A DNA stretch of 62,612 bases, the filler included. It is 5 parts of 5 records of this genome, joined end to end, with 100 filler letters (N's around TTAATTAATTAA, not from the genome) between each part and the next. Parts side by side here need not be neighbours in the genome. Positions count along the whole stretch, not along the records: positions 54,824 to 62,612 come from SRR20825006_1944; 4 more parts are not named here. One strand, given 5' to 3'. Position 1 is the first letter of the stretch, and each line of letters begins with the position of its first letter. Below the pieces are notes generated by a model, which saw nothing but the letters and a program-made list of their open reading frames with translations, was not told where the DNA came from and searched no databases. Shown here piece by piece: positions 60,102 to 62,612 of the stretch. Position numbers and translations under genes: made by a program.

Positions 60102-61046
60102 ATGAAACTGAAATCAGGTTTGGTAGTGGGAGCGATCATTTCAGGTCTGGCGGCGGGAACCGCTATGGCTGGAGATGCCAAAACTGTCGACAAAGTGGGT
60201 ATTTCCGTCGGTACGCTAGGGAACCCCTTCTATGTCGCAACGGCGGAGGGCATAACCAGCGCTGCAACCGAGCTCAATCCGAACGTCGATATTACGGCTG
60301 TTTCGGCCGACTACGACCTCAATAAACAACTGTCGCAGATTGACAGCTTCATAGGCGCCGGCATGCAGATAATGATGATCGTGCCAGTGGATCCGCAGGC
60401 CAGTGTTCCGTCGGTTCAGAAGGCCAAGGATGCCGGTTTGGTGGTCGGCGCTTTCGACGCGATTGCTCCCAATGCCGACATCAATGTTTCAACGAACAAT
60501 GTCCGGGCTGGCGAAATTGCTTGCCAGTACATGGCGGACCGGCTGAACGGTAAAGGCGACGTGGTAATTGTTAATGCGATTCAGGTTTCGGCCGTGGTTG
60601 ACCGTGTCAACGGCTGCAAGAGTGTTCTCGACAAATATGAGGACATCAATATCATTGCCGATCAGGCGTCTGAAGGATCGCGCGATACCGGCATGAAAGT
60701 GATGCAGAGCCTGCTGACCCGTTTCCCCCATATCGACGGGGTTTTCGCGTTGAATGATCCGGCAGCTATCGGGGCCGATCTCGCAGCGAAACAATTGAAC
60801 CGGTCGGAGTTCTTCATCGTTTCGGTGGACGGCGCGCCGGATGTGCAGAACATGCTGAAAAACGGAAACACGTTGATTGAGGCAACCGCGGCTCAGGACC
60901 CATATGCGATGGCTGCAAAGGCGTTTGAGCTTGCCAATGATGTTTATCAGGGCAAGTCTCTGACTGAGACAAATGTTCTGATGGACCCGATGCTGGTGAC
61001 CGCTGATAATGTCGACGATTATGTTGGCTGGGAAGACGAGCGGTAG
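60102..61046 (+). CDS. Sugar/polyol ABC transporter substrate-binding protein (RbsB-type)
   Basis: Signal peptide; LGNPFY, DRV.G, FALND, SVDG and AQDP; ATG at 60102 after GAGGAG. Confidence 0.92.
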   Translation: MKLKSGLVVGAIISGLAAGTAMAGDAKTVDKVGISVGTLGNPFYVATAEGITSAATELNPNVDITAVSADYDLNKQLSQIDSFIGAGMQIMMIVPVDPQASVPSVQKAKDAGLVVGAFDAIAPNADINVSTNNVRAGEIACQYMADRLNGKGDVVIVNAIQVSAVVDRVNGCKSVLDKYEDINIIADQASEGSRDTGMKVMQSLLTRFPHIDGVFALNDPAAIGADLAAKQLNRSEFFIVSVDGAPDVQNMLKNGNTLIEATAAQDPYAMAAKAFELANDVYQGKSLTETNVLMDPMLVTADNVDDYVGWEDER

Positions 61047-61069
61047 AGCATTACCAACCACGAAATCAG

Positions 61070-61096
61070 CCATCGCGCCGGCGAAAGGCGCGATGG
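61070..61096 (+). terminator. Stem-loop after the binding-protein gene
   Basis: CCATCGCGCC-GGCGAAA-GGCGCGATGG, a 10-bp stem with no U-tract. Confidence 0.5.
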
Positions 61097-61292
61097 TCGT
61101 CGAGGGTGTGTCGCAAATCATGCTGCAACTATTCCGCATAGATCAGATCGGCCTCTTTATATGGTGCAAACAAATAAGCGTTTCTTGTTGTGAAATTTGA
61201 TCAAAACTTTATTGAAAATGTTCAATGCCGACAAAATCTGCTAAGCAGATTTTAGAAGAATCTCAACCTAAAGAAGGCAGAATAGTACCTCT

Positions 61293-62513
61293 ATGGGGAA
61301 GTCAGCGATTGGTCCGCAAGCAAGTGAACTGAGCAACAGTGCGACGATTTTTTCGTTGATCGCAACAGGTGCTGCAACCTCCCGATCCGCGCTGCTCGAA
61401 GCGTCAGGAATAGCCCGTGCAACTCTATCGTCGCGGCTTGCGCCCCTTTTGCTGGCGGGAATTGTCGCAGAAACCGAAAAGACAACGCCGAGTGGCGGGC
61501 GTCCCTCGCGGGTGTTGGAAGTCGACAGCACCGCCGGGTATGTTTTGGTCGCGAACTTCGGTGAAACCTTCGTGCGCATCGCGACGATGGATCTGCAGGC
61601 GAAGCTCATCAGTCAGGATACGATTGCCTTCACCACTCAAAGTAACCCGGTTGCCACTATGGAAATGCTGTGCGATGCATTTTCGGTGCTCATCGAGAAA
61701 GGTGGTCTTGCGGGACGTTTTCTGGCGGGGATCGGGCTTTCATTGCCCGCTCCAATTGACATCCGGACCCACAGTGTTGTGCGACCGTCGGTTTTACCGG
61801 ATTGGGCAGGATTTGATATAACCGGTTGGCTCTCGGCCCGCTATGAGGCACCGATTCACGTCGAAAAAGACGTAAACCTGATGGCAATCTATGAGCATAA
61901 GCATAATTTTTCTGACGTTGATGACATGTTCTTCGTCAAGGCGGGGACCGGTATCGGAAGCGGCATAATAACCGGTGGGCGGCTTTTCCGGGGCGCCCAT
62001 GGAGGTGCTGGAGATATCGGCCATATTCAGTTCTCATCCGATCATGCTCCGCTTTGCCGATGCGGAAAGCTGGGCTGTGTTGAAGCACGTGCTGCGGGGT
62101 GGGCGCTCGCCAGAGACCTCAGAGCCGCCGGTTACCAGGCAGAAAACTCGCGCGATGTTGTTCATCTTGTCGATCAGAACAAACCCGAGGCAATCATGTC
62201 GGTGCGCAAAGCTGGTCAGGTGATCGGCGAGGCGACGGCCGACGTTGTAAGCTTGCTTAACCCCAGCCTTATCGTCATAGGAGGCACGCTGGCTCAGACA
62301 GGCGATTTTCTGCTCGCTGGCGTAAGGGAACTAGTCTATCAGCGCTGTCTGCCGCTGGCCACGCACAATCTCCAGATTATCTTTGGAGAGACAGAAGTCG
62401 ACACCGCCCTAGGCGGTGCCGCACTGATGGTACTTGATGAAGCATTCGGCAAGGATTCCGCACGCGATTTCCTCCAGCGCTTTGCTGAGAGCCGGGCGGA
62501 TATTTCGCAATAA
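61293..62513 (+). CDS. ROK-family transcriptional repressor
   Basis: N-terminal HTH with the SGGRP linker; GTGIGSG, GAGDIGH and CRCGKLGCVE zinc motif. Confidence 0.92.
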   Translation: MGKSAIGPQASELSNSATIFSLIATGAATSRSALLEASGIARATLSSRLAPLLLAGIVAETEKTTPSGGRPSRVLEVDSTAGYVLVANFGETFVRIATMDLQAKLISQDTIAFTTQSNPVATMEMLCDAFSVLIEKGGLAGRFLAGIGLSLPAPIDIRTHSVVRPSVLPDWAGFDITGWLSARYEAPIHVEKDVNLMAIYEHKHNFSDVDDMFFVKAGTGIGSGIITGGRLFRGAHGGAGDIGHIQFSSDHAPLCRCGKLGCVEARAAGWALARDLRAAGYQAENSRDVVHLVDQNKPEAIMSVRKAGQVIGEATADVVSLLNPSLIVIGGTLAQTGDFLLAGVRELVYQRCLPLATHNLQIIFGETEVDTALGGAALMVLDEAFGKDSARDFLQRFAESRADISQ

Positions 62514-62612
62514 CCCGACTGTCAATTGTTGAGAGCGCGTTGCAACAGCGCCTATCGTTAGAAGAATTAAGCCTTTCTTGCCGGCAACGGCCTGAAATCG
62601 GACATTCATCAG

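Noticed and set aside
62514..62612. CGGACATT-containing tail as an attC-like repeat
   Set aside because: Single truncated instance at the window end, with no integron integrase or second copy.
1..62612. CRISPR array, retron/RT, toxin-antitoxin or other defence system
   Set aside because: No regularly spaced direct repeats, and no cas, reverse transcriptase or toxin motifs seen; the nucleases and helicases present are standard repair genes (addAB, ruvABC, Lhr).

Overview
This window is not one locus. It is five alphaproteobacterial contigs (1-13450, 13551-26341, 26442-46578, 46679-54723, 54824-62612) joined by artificial 100-bp linkers (N44-TTAATTAATTAA-N44), so gene neighbourhoods must not be read across the gaps. 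Contig 1 is Hyphomicrobiales-like core genome: frcA 3' end, dcd, SAM-II riboswitch plus metZ, class I lysS, an AAC(6')-type acetyltransferase, an S24 repressor, pyrD, a MATE exporter and an Lhr-type helicase. Contig 2 looks accessory: AmpH-like hydrolase, Tat-exported beta-carbonic anhydrase, ybbAP/tesA, a MacAB-like exporter, and terB-terC behind a structured leader next to a decayed tyrosine integrase. Contig 3 carries yebC-ruvCAB-ybgC-tolQRAB, a Cle-type (c-di-GMP-binding motif) CheY-like regulator with an HPt partner, a metY operon, ubiX, tandem bdh paralogues, trcR, a GlxA regulator, azlCD, a degenerate EAL protein and the prpE 5' end. Contig 4 carries addBA-trxA, a PAS protein and the 3' half of tRNA-Phe. 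Contig 5 has an IS3 remnant, then transketolase, a sugar ABC transporter and a ROK repressor. I found no CRISPR array, rRNA or recognisable defence system, and no clearly new protein system. The best leads are non-coding: a sul1-like orphan-riboswitch candidate before terB-terC, a SAM/SAH-like variant plus a candidate sRNA upstream of metY, and a long SD-sequestering hairpin between tkt and the ABC ATPase. The Cle-HPt pair and a His-less bdh paralogue are the best protein leads. All family assignments are from motif recognition by eye, not database searches.
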